Shown here in pieces: positions 16,429 through 26,415 of a stretch of 64,000 nucleotides of DNA. Every line of letters starts with the position of its first letter. Position 1 is the stretch's first letter. The position numbers and the translations under genes were made by a program. The notes below the pieces were generated by a model. The model had not been told where the DNA came from. It saw only the letters and a list, made by a program, of their open reading frames with translations, and did no database searches. The DNA is from a virus, in IMG/VR virus record IMGVR_UViG_3300037246_000990, positions 32,001 to 96,000 of that record; one strand, given 5' to 3'.

Positions 16429-16754
16429 GTGAACAAGAACCTACCCTCAACCCAGCGGTGACTGAGGCTATCGAAGGGCTGATGAAGGAGATGCCTCCGG
16501 CTGTTACACAGGGTGTGTTCAACAGGCACATGTTCTTGGAGGCGGTGGTTGTCAAGGGGGGTGGTGCTGCTCTTGACGAGGACGACATACGAAAGCACGG
16601 TTGCCTCACCAGCAAGGAGTTCATCGTCATCAAGGATGAGTACATAGCCAAGGGTGTAATCAAAGAGGAGACTAATCTCTTTGGGGTTACACTCTACAGC
16701 CTACAGTACGACATCAAGGGAGGTGGACTTGACAACCTGCCCGAAATCAAGTAA
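16425..16754 (+). CDS. hypothetical protein
   Basis: ATGA overlap. Confidence 0.7.
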   Translation: MSEQEPTLNPAVTEAIEGLMKEMPPAVTQGVFNRHMFLEAVVVKGGGAALDEDDIRKHGCLTSKEFIVIKDEYIAKGVIKEETNLFGVTLYSLQYDIKGGGLDNLPEIK

Positions 16755-16757
16755 GCT
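16729..16757 (+). promoter_or_regulatory. sigma70-type promoter
   Basis: TTGACA-N17-TAAGCT; shares TTGACAACCTGC with 10927. Confidence 0.6.
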
Positions 16758-16784
16758 GTATGTTGAGCGAATGGAGAAAAACCA

Positions 16785-17138
16785 ATGAACCTATCGTTAC
16801 TACAGCGACCGAAGAAGATCAAGCCGGGTACAAAAACCATGTATGTCTATTATCCTGCTATCGTGACAACTAATGAGGTGCTTAAACCCGGTGTTGTGCT
16901 CAAGATCCTCGATGTCTTTGAAGGTGACAGCACTACTACAACCACCCTCAAGGTGATGTCAGCAGAGGATTGGGACTCTCACAAGTACGGTAGAGGTGTA
17001 CCTTATTGCATCAAGGGTGATGCAGATACACGACGCGAAGATGGTGAGAGCTGTGACTGTGAGAAAGAACTGAGTGAGATGAGTGATACCTTCAAGGAGT
17101 TGGTACACTATGTCCTACTCTCAGATGTGGGGAAGTAA
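16785..17138 (+). CDS. hypothetical protein
   Basis: GGAG RBS. Confidence 0.7.
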   Translation: MNLSLLQRPKKIKPGTKTMYVYYPAIVTTNEVLKPGVVLKILDVFEGDSTTTTTLKVMSAEDWDSHKYGRGVPYCIKGDADTRREDGESCDCEKELSEMSDTFKELVHYVLLSDVGK

Positions 17139-17283
17139 ACATGATTGAAAACATACAACTTGCTGCCGATGACGCAATATGTGAGGCACTCTGTGAAATA
17201 CCTGAAGATCAGGCTGTTGAGTACTTGATCGCTCTAATAGAGTGTGCTATATCCCAACTCAAACTCAAGATGGAGATACCGAT

Positions 17284-18336
17284 ATGAAAAGCGTGTATGA
17301 TTACCTACCAAAGATCGACGCCAACACAGCAGAGGAGATGGCTAAACAAGCTGGCCTTGACTTCGATGCTATCAAGCTGGAGATACCGTACTCGTACCAA
17401 CCTCCAATGCCTGATGGTTTGGTGGCTCAGCTCATTGAGAAGGGCTTGAGTGCGGCAGAGATTCTGAATCACATCGAAGATCACCCTCACCTCGTGCCTC
17501 GGAAGGTGGAGAGTGTGGTGCCTGACAAGGTGATCGTAGTGCGAGAGGATGACGGTCGTTACCTAGGTACAGTGGGTAAGGATCGAGGCATCGTGCAGTA
17601 CCGTGATGTGCTGGCTTTCACTGAGGCATTGGTGGATAAGGGCACAGCATCCTACGTGACAGGTGGGATACTAGGCAACGGGCAGCAGGCGTTCGTTGTT
17701 ATGAAGGCAAAGAACACCATCAAGCTGAGCGGTACGGATGAGGTGGACTGTTACTTCTACATCACCACCTCACATGACAGCACCAAGGGACTGGAGATTG
17801 TGTTCGCTCCATTGAGGACTGTCAACGGCACCATCCTCACTGGTCCTAAGTCACAGCGGATCCGCTTCCGGCACAGCAGCAAGGTAGAGCAGCGAGTGAA
17901 GCGAGCAGCGATGAGCATTGACAAGATCAGCTCCTACTTTGAGGACATGGAAGAGAACTTTCGATTGCTCAGATCAGTCAAGCCCACCGTATCTCAGCTC
18001 GATGTGTTCATTCAGTCTCTGTTCCCTGACCCGGAAGAGAAGAAGAAGAGAGCAGAGAACATTCGGGATGAGATCTACAGCATCTATCGCAACGGACCAG
18101 CGTGTCAGCTACCCGCAACACAAGGCACCATGCTCGGTGCTTACTTTGCTGTGGTTGAATGGGTTGACAAGCAGCAGGCAACCAAGACATCGAAGGTCAG
18201 GCCCAATGAGTACGATGCCAAGATTCATAGGCTGCTGGAAGGCAGCGGGGCAGAGCAGAAGGCGACAGCCTACGCCTTCGCCCTCGACATGGTAGACAAG
18301 CTGAAGGATGTCAACATCTTCGGCAACAAGGTGTAG
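17284..18336 (+). CDS. DUF932 family phage/plasmid protein
   Basis: VVRED..LGTVG...VQY..F; TSHDS; RHS; G(T)MLGAYFAVVEWVD pattern. Confidence 0.78.
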   Translation: MKSVYDYLPKIDANTAEEMAKQAGLDFDAIKLEIPYSYQPPMPDGLVAQLIEKGLSAAEILNHIEDHPHLVPRKVESVVPDKVIVVREDDGRYLGTVGKDRGIVQYRDVLAFTEALVDKGTASYVTGGILGNGQQAFVVMKAKNTIKLSGTDEVDCYFYITTSHDSTKGLEIVFAPLRTVNGTILTGPKSQRIRFRHSSKVEQRVKRAAMSIDKISSYFEDMEENFRLLRSVKPTVSQLDVFIQSLFPDPEEKKKRAENIRDEIYSIYRNGPACQLPATQGTMLGAYFAVVEWVDKQQATKTSKVRPNEYDAKIHRLLEGSGAEQKATAYAFALDMVDKLKDVNIFGNKV

Positions 18337-18337
18337 C

Positions 18338-18643
18338 ATGAGCGAGACACATAAGAAAATTGAGTTGTTAGATGGAGAAACATTACTCCTTGAGTCTGAA
18401 GAGTGGGCTGTTATACTCGACTCCAGCGACGGGCGTGGTGCAATCCTAGCGTATGGGTCACACGAAGAGTGTACGGTTAGCTTTGACCCAAAGCGAGCAG
18501 CTCCTGGTAATAAGTATTACTATGGTGAATACTCCTGGCTGCCAGAGGACCCGCCAACCTGTAAGTACTGTAACGAGCCTGTCCCGGATGGGATACAAGC
18601 GATTGTACACCTAAGAAACTGGGGACTAAGAGGAGAAACATGA
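18338..18643 (+). CDS. Zn-finger paralog family, member 22
   Basis: SEEWAV..SHEEC..CKYCNEPVPDGIQAIVHLRNW. Confidence 0.8.
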   Translation: MSETHKKIELLDGETLLLESEEWAVILDSSDGRGAILAYGSHEECTVSFDPKRAAPGNKYYYGEYSWLPEDPPTCKYCNEPVPDGIQAIVHLRNWGLRGET

Positions 18644-18885
18644 GTAAGTTTGACCCATCAGGTAAAGCAATGACCAAAGACATGGTTAGGAACCTCGTGA
18701 AAGACGCAATGAAACGAAAGCCAGAGTTCGTAAGAGAGGTGCTTGATAAATCCAATATACCCGGTGACACCGCAGAAGAAATAACCGAGCACCTATGGAG
18801 TAACATGCCTCCGGGTGGTGTAGGTTTCATGGACAAAGCAGACGAAGCAAGATTCAGCAACAACAAAGAGGACAACAATGAGTGA
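18640..18885 (+). CDS. hypothetical protein
   Basis: AGGAG RBS. Confidence 0.7.
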   Translation: MSKFDPSGKAMTKDMVRNLVKDAMKRKPEFVREVLDKSNIPGDTAEEITEHLWSNMPPGGVGFMDKADEARFSNNKEDNNE

Positions 18886-19141
18886 TGGAATGTACAGATG
18901 GACTTCAAAAGAAAGTATGGCTATCTCCTACAGTGTAGGTGAGAGCATAGCGCAGAGGGTCATTGACCTCATTGACAGGGAACTAAAGAAAATAGCACCC
19001 CGACCTGATAAGTTGCGAGACTTGTCTGAGTGCCTGAGAAATTGTCTCGCTATCACCGGGTCAGAGACGGCTGAAGATGAACGCGACGCCAAAGAGAAGC
19101 AAGCAAGCAAAGACATCGAAGCACCTGAACTAGAGGAATAG
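18878..19141 (+). CDS. hypothetical protein
   Basis: GAGG RBS. Confidence 0.7.
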   Translation: MSDGMYRWTSKESMAISYSVGESIAQRVIDLIDRELKKIAPRPDKLRDLSECLRNCLAITGSETAEDERDAKEKQASKDIEAPELEE

Positions 19142-19142
19142 A

Positions 19143-19346
19143 ATGGCAATCACAAAAGAAACAGCGATCAAAATGATCACGTATCTCAAGACAGAGAAGC
19201 CTGAACGGTGGAGAGCACTAACAGAAGTAAACATTAACCTCGAAGTCTCTGAGGAAGAGTGGCCGGATTACTTGGTTACATTGGAAGGTCAAGCCCCTTT
19301 CGCCTTCAAGTATCTTATCGAAGCAGTAAGCAAAGAGGAGAAGTAA
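19143..19346 (+). CDS. hypothetical protein
   Basis: GAGG RBS. Confidence 0.65.
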   Translation: MAITKETAIKMITYLKTEKPERWRALTEVNINLEVSEEEWPDYLVTLEGQAPFAFKYLIEAVSKEEK

Positions 19347-19347
19347 A

Positions 19348-19560
19348 ATGGCTAAGAAGAAAGACCTAGACGGTGATACAATAGCAAGGCAAGTGAAAGA
19401 GATCATGGAGCTACGTCGTGTCTTGCATGACTGTGTTACGCAGCCAGGAGCGTTGTGTCTCTACGAGGACAACGCTAGGTACATGAAAGCGCGGTTGGAG
19501 TACATCAATGCTGTCGCAAAGGCAGCAGCGCGGCAACCATTTTTCGAAGAGGAGAAGTAA
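19348..19560 (+). CDS. hypothetical protein
   Basis: GGAG RBS. Confidence 0.65.
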   Translation: MAKKKDLDGDTIARQVKEIMELRRVLHDCVTQPGALCLYEDNARYMKARLEYINAVAKAAARQPFFEEEK

Positions 19561-19561
19561 A

Positions 19562-20710
19562 ATGGGTACAGCAGGACAGGAAATCTGCCAACAGAATGTG
19601 AGTGAGATCCTTGACATCGTGTACAGGCTAGGGCCTGAGTTTGCCACTATGATCTGGGGTCCTCCCGGTATCGGCAAGACTGAGGCAACCAAGGCGGTGT
19701 TCTCAAGGAAAGAGGATCCGCATGAGATCGTGCTGGTTCTCGCTGGATGCTCGGAGCCCACCGATATCAGTGGTGTGCCGTTTGAGTACAAGTACAAGGG
19801 TGAGGCTGTGGCTACTCGGATCCTCGCTCCCATCTGGGCGTACCATGCCAGCACCGAGGCACCCCCCGAATGGCAGAAGAAGAAGATGGTTATCTTCTTT
19901 GATGACATCGTGACAGGGCATGAGCAGACACAGGCTGCTTGCTTCAAGGTGTTCGGTGAGAAGAAAGTAGGGAACCTTCAGCTCCGTGATAACGTCTATA
20001 TCATAGCTGCGGGGAACAGGGTAGAGGATAAGTCAGCGGCGTTTGAGATGCCGATGGCTCTGGCTAACCGGATGAAGCATTACTACGCCAAGACAGACGT
20101 AGATTCGTGGTTGGAGTGGGCGATTGATAACCATATCAACCCCCTGATTACTGCCTTCATTCGGACGCAGCCTCAATGTCTGAACACCTTTGCCGAGGTG
20201 GTCAAGCTCGCAGCAGCAGAGAAAGCCTTTGCTACTCCGAGGACTTGGGAGATGATGAGCAAGGCCATGTACAAGATGGATCCCAAGGGTGGTGTCAAAG
20301 GTGAGTGGCTCTACAAGACAGCCGTTGGTTGTATCGGCTCGGGAATTGGGATTACATTCTCTGCCTTCGCCAACAACACAACCAAGCTGATTGCCCCCGA
20401 GGTTATCATCAAGGATCCGGCCAAGGCTCCGATCCCGCCCAAGACAGAAGTCGATGTGCTGTACGCTACGATCTCTGCACTTGAGCATCACATCAACATC
20501 GAAGAGAACTGGGGCAAGTGGGCCAAGGCACTCCAGTATGTGCTGCGCCCCGAGCTGGAGCCTGAGTTCGGTTTGCTCATTGCTAAAATGGCAACCATCA
20601 TCGCACTCAGTAAACTGAGTGAGGCAGACCGGGTGAAGGCAGCACAGAACAAGTACTTCAAGCTGATGTACGCAGAGTACGGTTCGTACCTCGCCAACTC
20701 GGGAGCGTAA
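19562..20710 (+). CDS. AAA+ ATPase (MoxR/AAA_5-like)
   Basis: Walker A GPPGIGKT, Walker B IFFDD, AAGN, ALANR, ATPRTW. Confidence 0.9.
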   Translation: MGTAGQEICQQNVSEILDIVYRLGPEFATMIWGPPGIGKTEATKAVFSRKEDPHEIVLVLAGCSEPTDISGVPFEYKYKGEAVATRILAPIWAYHASTEAPPEWQKKKMVIFFDDIVTGHEQTQAACFKVFGEKKVGNLQLRDNVYIIAAGNRVEDKSAAFEMPMALANRMKHYYAKTDVDSWLEWAIDNHINPLITAFIRTQPQCLNTFAEVVKLAAAEKAFATPRTWEMMSKAMYKMDPKGGVKGEWLYKTAVGCIGSGIGITFSAFANNTTKLIAPEVIIKDPAKAPIPPKTEVDVLYATISALEHHINIEENWGKWAKALQYVLRPELEPEFGLLIAKMATIIALSKLSEADRVKAAQNKYFKLMYAEYGSYLANSGA

Positions 20711-20712
20711 GG

Positions 20713-20955
20713 ATGCCTGCCTTGGTACGACAGGGTGACTGGAGGTTACACACAGCTACATCAGGGTCAGGTCGCCTCTATGTTACGCACTGGCATAGCA
20801 AAGTTGGGGGTCATAGAGGGGATTGGTCTCGATGTGGCACCTACAACGGAGACACTTGGGACCCTGCTGCGTGTAACAAGTGCGGTGAGACACCACCCAA
20901 GGAAATGCAAGGCTTCATCAACCTGATGTCATGGGATAGAGGAGAAGTAACATGA
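20713..20955 (+). CDS. Zn-finger paralog family, member 23 (HxH variant)
   Basis: QGDWRL..THWH..CNKCGETPPKEMQGFINLMSW. Confidence 0.8.
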   Translation: MPALVRQGDWRLHTATSGSGRLYVTHWHSKVGGHRGDWSRCGTYNGDTWDPAACNKCGETPPKEMQGFINLMSWDRGEVT

Positions 20956-21155
20956 GATATCATAAACGAGAAACAATACCCGACGACGGTGACGCCCACT
21001 TCTTCCGTGAAGATGAAATACACGAGGCTATTGATAACCTCAATGATTGTTTCTTTCCGGTCAAGATTTCTGTGGTTACCAAGAAAGAATACATGGACGA
21101 TACCTACGGAGAGGGAGATTGGACCCAAGAAGATTGGGATAACAACGAGGACTGA
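20952..21155 (+). CDS. small acidic protein
   Basis: GGAG RBS; D/E-rich. Confidence 0.65.
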   Translation: MRYHKRETIPDDGDAHFFREDEIHEAIDNLNDCFFPVKISVVTKKEYMDDTYGEGDWTQEDWDNNED

Positions 21156-21184
21156 GTGACTGGGAGAAGTAACGTGGAGGGTGA

Positions 21185-21658
21185 ATGACTAAGAAAACTA
21201 AAGAGAGATTCTGGGCTAAGGTACAGAAGGGACCGAGATGTTGGCTGTGGAAGGCTGGTAAAAACAATAAGGGTTATGGTAACTTTTGGGTAGGAGGAAA
21301 GTGTTGTAAATCTCATCGACTATCTTATGAAATGAAACACGGGTCTATACTTAATGGCATGTATGTATGCCACCATTGTGATACCCCGGCCTGTGTAAAT
21401 CCAGATCATTTGTTTGTAGGCACACAAAAAGATAATGTCATAGATTGTATGAACAAAGGGAGAAACAACAAAGGAAAAAAGATAGGAAGCTGCAACGTGG
21501 GCTCATTACACCCACGGGCCAAGCTGACGGAGGAACAAGTCAAAGATATCCTAACAGACACAAGACTTCATAGAGAGATAGCAAAAGATTATGGTATAGA
21601 TAAATCAATAATATCTAAAATAAAATCAAAGAACATATGGAAGCACGTAAAGGAGTAA
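21185..21658 (+). CDS. HNH homing endonuclease
   Basis: ERFWAKV..CWLW..SHRLS..CHHCDTPACVNPDHL; AT-rich. Confidence 0.9.
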   Translation: MTKKTKERFWAKVQKGPRCWLWKAGKNNKGYGNFWVGGKCCKSHRLSYEMKHGSILNGMYVCHHCDTPACVNPDHLFVGTQKDNVIDCMNKGRNNKGKKIGSCNVGSLHPRAKLTEEQVKDILTDTRLHREIAKDYGIDKSIISKIKSKNIWKHVKE

Positions 21659-21661
21659 ACA

Positions 21662-22879
21662 ATGAAGAAAATCGACACTGACAATCCGAGAGAGAAGCTA
21701 ACAAAAGCTCGGATGCAGCTTCTAATGGCCTTTCCTTTCTTCGGTGAACTTGTAATGCGGATAGTTTTTCACGAGTCTAAAACAGCCGGGGTAGGTACTA
21801 CCTGTATAGATCATAAGGGTAATCTTTGGTATCACCCTGATTGGGTACGTGGGTTCACCTCTACTCAAGAAACTATGTTTGAGTTGAGTCACGAAGTCAT
21901 GCACTTGGTACAGCGATGCACCGTCCGGTTCCCCAACGGGGGCAACCATCAGGTGTGGAATATTGCGGCTGACATCAAGGTAGATAGCATCCTCGTTGAT
22001 GCAGGGATGGCCCAATCCAGGGTGAGTAAGAAGAACATCACCGACGAGATCATGGAGAAGTACAAAGGCAAGACCACGGAGCAGATCTATTACCATCTGA
22101 TCCAGAACCCAGAGGATCAGAAAGACTTTGGTGGTTGCCCCCACCCCGATGGGGAAGGGGGTGAAGGCCCTAATACTAAGCCGGGTAGCCAAGTTGGTGA
22201 TCGTGGCTGTACCTCAGGTGCTTTGCATGGTGAGAAGATAGACACCGAGACGATAGAGAAGTGGAAGCAACACGTTATCGCCGCTGCTATCAATGCAAAG
22301 AACAGGGGTAAGTGCCCTGGATTTGCTGATGATTTCTTGGTTGATATCCGCAGACCCAGCGTGACATGGAAGGATCTCCTCCGAAGGCAAGCTACCTCGA
22401 TGTTCCGTGGTAGATACGGCTACCATCGTGACAACAGGCGGTCCCGTGCCTTCGGGATGAAGCTCCCATCAAGGACACGTAGCCCCAATGGTGCCATCAT
22501 AATGATCGACACCTCTGGGTCTATCAGTGACGACAACCTGTCTCAGTTTGTATCGGAATGCTCCGGTATCCTGAGAGAAACAGGGTGTCAGTTCCTCAAG
22601 ATCTACTTCCATGATGTTGAGTGCTACCACATAGAGGAGTACGACCTCAACACCATCAAGAAGATCAAGGCCACACGGGGTGGCACCTCACACATTGATG
22701 TCTTTGAGAAGGTGGAAGAAAGCCGTGACAAGGTAGGTATGGTGATCGCCTTCACTGATTTAGAGACAGCGTTCCCTCCAATACCGCCTGAGTTCCCGGT
22801 ACTCTGGGCTCACCCGCCTGGATACGAGCAGCATGCAGTGCCCTTCGGGATCAAGGTGAAGGTGGACCTGACGCTGTGA
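21662..22879 (+). CDS. DUF2201-like metallopeptidase + VWA domain protein
   Basis: HEVMH zincin motif; MIDAS DTSGS; GGT; FTD. Confidence 0.88.
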   Translation: MKKIDTDNPREKLTKARMQLLMAFPFFGELVMRIVFHESKTAGVGTTCIDHKGNLWYHPDWVRGFTSTQETMFELSHEVMHLVQRCTVRFPNGGNHQVWNIAADIKVDSILVDAGMAQSRVSKKNITDEIMEKYKGKTTEQIYYHLIQNPEDQKDFGGCPHPDGEGGEGPNTKPGSQVGDRGCTSGALHGEKIDTETIEKWKQHVIAAAINAKNRGKCPGFADDFLVDIRRPSVTWKDLLRRQATSMFRGRYGYHRDNRRSRAFGMKLPSRTRSPNGAIIMIDTSGSISDDNLSQFVSECSGILRETGCQFLKIYFHDVECYHIEEYDLNTIKKIKATRGGTSHIDVFEKVEESRDKVGMVIAFTDLETAFPPIPPEFPVLWAHPPGYEQHAVPFGIKVKVDLTL

Positions 22880-23280
22880 GCCAAGACAGGGAGATACCCG
22901 CGCCGGGCAATGTCCTTCAGGTCGATGGAGAGTGGCAACTTGAAAATCACAACCACGACAAGGGACCCGTCATCAGACACAACTGCGACGACGAAAACAA
23001 CGGCAATACCTACATTATAGACTTGAACCGTGAATTCCCGATGTGCCGCCATTGTGGTGCTGACATACCGAACAGTATGATCTCGGGGTTTAGCTTACTC
23101 AACTACAACGAGTCCACAAACGATGAGTACTTCGTGGATCCTAAGTATGAAGTCCTAGACTTTGTCTACAACGGGCACCTCCGAGAAAGATGGGACAAAG
23201 TGATCGTAGTCGAGGAAATTGACAAAGAGCAGGTACTAGCAGCCATAGCCGAATGGAAAACTGAACAGGAGTTGACATGA
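22876..23280 (+). CDS. Zn-finger paralog family, member 24
   Basis: DGEWQL..RHNC..CRHCGADIPNSMISGF. Confidence 0.8.
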   Translation: MSQDREIPAPGNVLQVDGEWQLENHNHDKGPVIRHNCDDENNGNTYIIDLNREFPMCRHCGADIPNSMISGFSLLNYNESTNDEYFVDPKYEVLDFVYNGHLRERWDKVIVVEEIDKEQVLAAIAEWKTEQELT

Positions 23281-23504
23281 GTGAAGCCGTGCTTAGTGAT
23301 TGGTTCTCAATGGATGAGAAAGTAACCCACTTCTGCGGAGGTACAACGGACGAGAAGAAAAACAACAAGCCGAAAGAGACACAGGTAGAGCTAACTAAAT
23401 GGTTCAACCCCACGAAAACTAAGGAAGATTCCGAGGTGCTAGTATGCCTAGCGTGTGGTGCTGAGCATCAACCGGATGAACCCACCGTTGAAGTTGGAGG
23501 ATAA
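23277..23504 (+). CDS. small Zn-binding protein (possible divergent family member)
   Basis: THFC...CLAC. Confidence 0.6.
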   Translation: MSEAVLSDWFSMDEKVTHFCGGTTDEKKNNKPKETQVELTKWFNPTKTKEDSEVLVCLACGAEHQPDEPTVEVGG

Positions 23505-23505
23505 A

Positions 23506-24522
23506 ATGGCTAGATGGACGACAGTTACTTTTGTTCAAGCCTTCCTACGCAATAAACTTGGAAGGAAAAGGATACATGGTTCCTACCGAGTGCTTGACGG
23601 TGCTCATTGTAAAGTACTGGTGCGAGCAACAACTTCTTATGGTAGGCCAAGTGGCAATGAAGTCATCGCCATCAATCTAGACTCTGAGACAGAGCGTGTG
23701 GCTTTCTTGCATTCGTTTAACACAAGGTGCTTCACATACCATATGAACAACACCCTAGACACTTACCACGCACCCAAGCTGCCTTCTAGTATGCTAAACG
23801 ATGGTCACTCTAACCTCCTAGCCTCAGGTATCATTGACACCAATGATAATGAGATACTCATTGAGATAGGAGACAAACCTTACCTCCTATACAAAAGGAA
23901 AAAGGACGATGGCCCTGTAGTAACATGGTTCGATGGTGTCTGCACATTCAACAGCGCAGACCCAGTCTCAATAAGGGTAGCCACCATCAACGAAGCCAAA
24001 GAACTGCTAGCCGATCCACCGGGAGCAGAACAACTATGTGGTCTTTGGTGGGCGCATAAGCAGCCAAGTGGGTTCCAACCACCTAAGTTGGATGATTCTG
24101 TCCTCAAGATACTTAGTAATCCTGTTAATCCACTTAATCATGGGTACCTAATTAGTGATTGTTTTATTAAAAGCGAGGGCGTTTACTCAGATGCCACTCA
24201 AACCTTGATTCCTGATACAGCACTGCTGCAAGAACCTCTCGATAGCCGATCCAGAAGTTACCTAACTGCTCGCTGCCTTTGGAATGATACATGTAAAGTA
24301 GTCAAAAAGAGGCTACCTATGGAGTACGAAGGGTTGACGATCAAGAAAGACAAGTACGCAACCTCTTCTACCCCGGATGAAAAAACCGGCTGCATCATCA
24401 GGACATCAAGCGGTGTGTTCATACAAGGCTTGATCAAAAACAACAAAGACTGGGGCCTACAGTCTAAGCTGGACCACTGGTACAAACTTGACTCCAAAAT
24501 CAATAGGATTGATCTAACATGA
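23506..24522 (+). CDS. hypothetical protein
   Basis: 338-aa ORF, GGAGG RBS. Confidence 0.8.
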   Translation: MARWTTVTFVQAFLRNKLGRKRIHGSYRVLDGAHCKVLVRATTSYGRPSGNEVIAINLDSETERVAFLHSFNTRCFTYHMNNTLDTYHAPKLPSSMLNDGHSNLLASGIIDTNDNEILIEIGDKPYLLYKRKKDDGPVVTWFDGVCTFNSADPVSIRVATINEAKELLADPPGAEQLCGLWWAHKQPSGFQPPKLDDSVLKILSNPVNPLNHGYLISDCFIKSEGVYSDATQTLIPDTALLQEPLDSRSRSYLTARCLWNDTCKVVKKRLPMEYEGLTIKKDKYATSSTPDEKTGCIIRTSSGVFIQGLIKNNKDWGLQSKLDHWYKLDSKINRIDLT

Positions 24523-25781
24523 GCACGGACTCTTACACAAGACAGCACTATAACAATCACAAAAACCACAAGTCTCAACAGTATCAGGAGGTAGGCCGTA
24601 ACCAAATATATCTCACTGAAGAAGAAGAAATTAAACTGGTCAATGAGTACACGGTAGCACGACAAACACTGCGTAGATACATTCTCTCCAAGAGAAAGTG
24701 CAGACAGTGGTACTTAAATCTATACCGACAGACAAAGGCAGAAGGCCGATCAGTAGCCAAGCTATGTGCTCGCTTCAATACCAGGGTGAAGGGGTTGAGT
24801 ACCCAACTAGAAACAGAGATGGAACGTATCCTTCAGCGCTTAGGGACACACAACCCTGCGGGGCACGAGTGTGCGAACTGGGTCATCTTTGATATGCTAC
24901 CCTCCGAGTACTGCTACTCTGAGATGGTGAAGCTAGTGCCTCGCACCAAAATCCTAGCCCGTATGCAGGCTAAGGTAGCGAAGATAGAGGACACGCTGCT
25001 CCGCTCCATGCTCATGGCAGCACATGAGATAGCAAACAGCAGTTCATCTAACATCTTGAGTGTTGATGAGAATGATGCGGTGCAAGAAGTCCAGATGTAC
25101 TTCCTCGAATCCATACGCAAGTATGATCCTAACTTCCAGACACCTGAAGGGAACCGAGTGAAGCTGTGTACCTACGCCTACAGCAGAGGTGAACGACTGG
25201 TACAGGAATGGATACTGAACAACAGCAGGCTGGTGCGTGTACCTCGGAACAAAATGGGCAGAATACTCACCGTGATTAAAGCGTATGAGCTACTGGAAAA
25301 TGACAATCTCAACCTGTATGCATTGACCAACGAAACGAACAAGATTCAAAAAGAGAAAGGGGCCTTGACAAACAGCAATGTCTTCACAGTTAAAGAGGTA
25401 GACGAACTCATTAAGATACTCATGAGCAACTACATCCACTTGGATCAACCCTTTAACCGTAATAAAAACAACCCCACCACCATAGGTGAGATGCTTAGCA
25501 ACGATGAACCTTGTGTCACAGAATTAATACAAGCACAAGATAAGAAGGAGCAACTGCTTGAGCTACTTCAAGACAATCTAAATAAGATAGAGTACCAGAT
25601 CATATCACTTCGATACTTCCATGACTCAGCGGACAAGGTACCTAAGGCACTGAAAGAGATAGGCCCGCTGCTTGTGTCAGTATACGGTGGTAAGAACTAC
25701 AGCAGAGAAAGCATACGAAAGATTGAGAAAACAGCCTTGGCTAAAATCAAGGCTCTATGGGAGGTCAAACGATTGTGGTAG
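24519..25781 (+). CDS. RNA polymerase sigma factor, sigma70/RpoD-like
   Basis: region 1.2 LTEEEEIKL; region 2 DAVQE..KYDP..LCTYA; LVRVP; LDQP; region 4 SRESIRKIEKTALAKIK. Confidence 0.88.
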   Translation: MSTDSYTRQHYNNHKNHKSQQYQEVGRNQIYLTEEEEIKLVNEYTVARQTLRRYILSKRKCRQWYLNLYRQTKAEGRSVAKLCARFNTRVKGLSTQLETEMERILQRLGTHNPAGHECANWVIFDMLPSEYCYSEMVKLVPRTKILARMQAKVAKIEDTLLRSMLMAAHEIANSSSSNILSVDENDAVQEVQMYFLESIRKYDPNFQTPEGNRVKLCTYAYSRGERLVQEWILNNSRLVRVPRNKMGRILTVIKAYELLENDNLNLYALTNETNKIQKEKGALTNSNVFTVKEVDELIKILMSNYIHLDQPFNRNKNNPTTIGEMLSNDEPCVTELIQAQDKKEQLLELLQDNLNKIEYQIISLRYFHDSADKVPKALKEIGPLLVSVYGGKNYSRESIRKIEKTALAKIKALWEVKRLW

Positions 25782-26086
25782 AACTAAACACTTGGATCAT
25801 GGCAGGCCTGCTGGGCTTCGGTGTTGGTGTGATTGTTACTGGTATCGTAGTGATGCTGGTGGTGATCTACAACAACATCAAGGTAGTGACAGAAAAAGTA
25901 AGTGAAGATGACAGCGAAGAAAATGTCTATGGAGGAATACCCTTGTCCGCTTTGCTGGGCGGTGGAGGAGGGAGACCAATCAGCATGGCAGACCTTCAGG
26001 CTATGGCATCGAGAGCAGCACCAGCACCAGCACCAGCACCAGCAACAGAAACCAAGCAAACAGATGGAGGAGGTAACTATCTCTAA
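25775..26086 (+). CDS. membrane protein with PA repeat
   Basis: N-terminal TM helix; (GCACCA)x4 at 26018-26041. Confidence 0.7.
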   Translation: MVELNTWIMAGLLGFGVGVIVTGIVVMLVVIYNNIKVVTEKVSEDDSEENVYGGIPLSALLGGGGGRPISMADLQAMASRAAPAPAPAPATETKQTDGGGNYL

Positions 26087-26415
26087 TGCCGTACATAAAA
26101 CAAGAAGATCGTGACACATACGAAGCGTGGCTCGCCGCACTGATAGAGGATCTGACAGAGGTTGACTTTCCCCCTGGGGATGTGACCTACCTGATGTACA
26201 GGATCGTGGGCCACTGGTTCCTACACAAGCCCAGCTATCAGTCGATAGATGAGGTGCGTGGGGCGTTGGTGGGTGTGCTGTCTGAGTTCGACAGGAAGTT
26301 CGCCTTCCCTTATGAGGACAAGAAGATCAAGGAGAACGGTGACATCGCTTGGGAGTTGTCTCAACTAGAGGGAGAACCTGAAGTAGACGACATAGACACA
26401 AGAGGAGGTGCATGA
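26086..26415 (+). CDS. conserved phage protein (DUF6899-like)
   Basis: MPYIK..G..TY..EFDRK..PYEDKKIKENGD. Confidence 0.75.
   Translation: MPYIKQEDRDTYEAWLAALIEDLTEVDFPPGDVTYLMYRIVGHWFLHKPSYQSIDEVRGALVGVLSEFDRKFAFPYEDKKIKENGDIAWELSQLEGEPEVDDIDTRGGA

Noticed and set aside
1344-17200. Stop-codon reassignment producing falsely short ORFs
   Set aside because: The short genes have their own RBSs and overlapping stop/start pairs, change frame and use all three stops; long core genes are intact under code 11.
26018-26044. (GCACCA)n repeat as a phase-variation tract
   Set aside because: It is an in-frame hexamer encoding a Pro-Ala linker; copy changes would not shift the frame.
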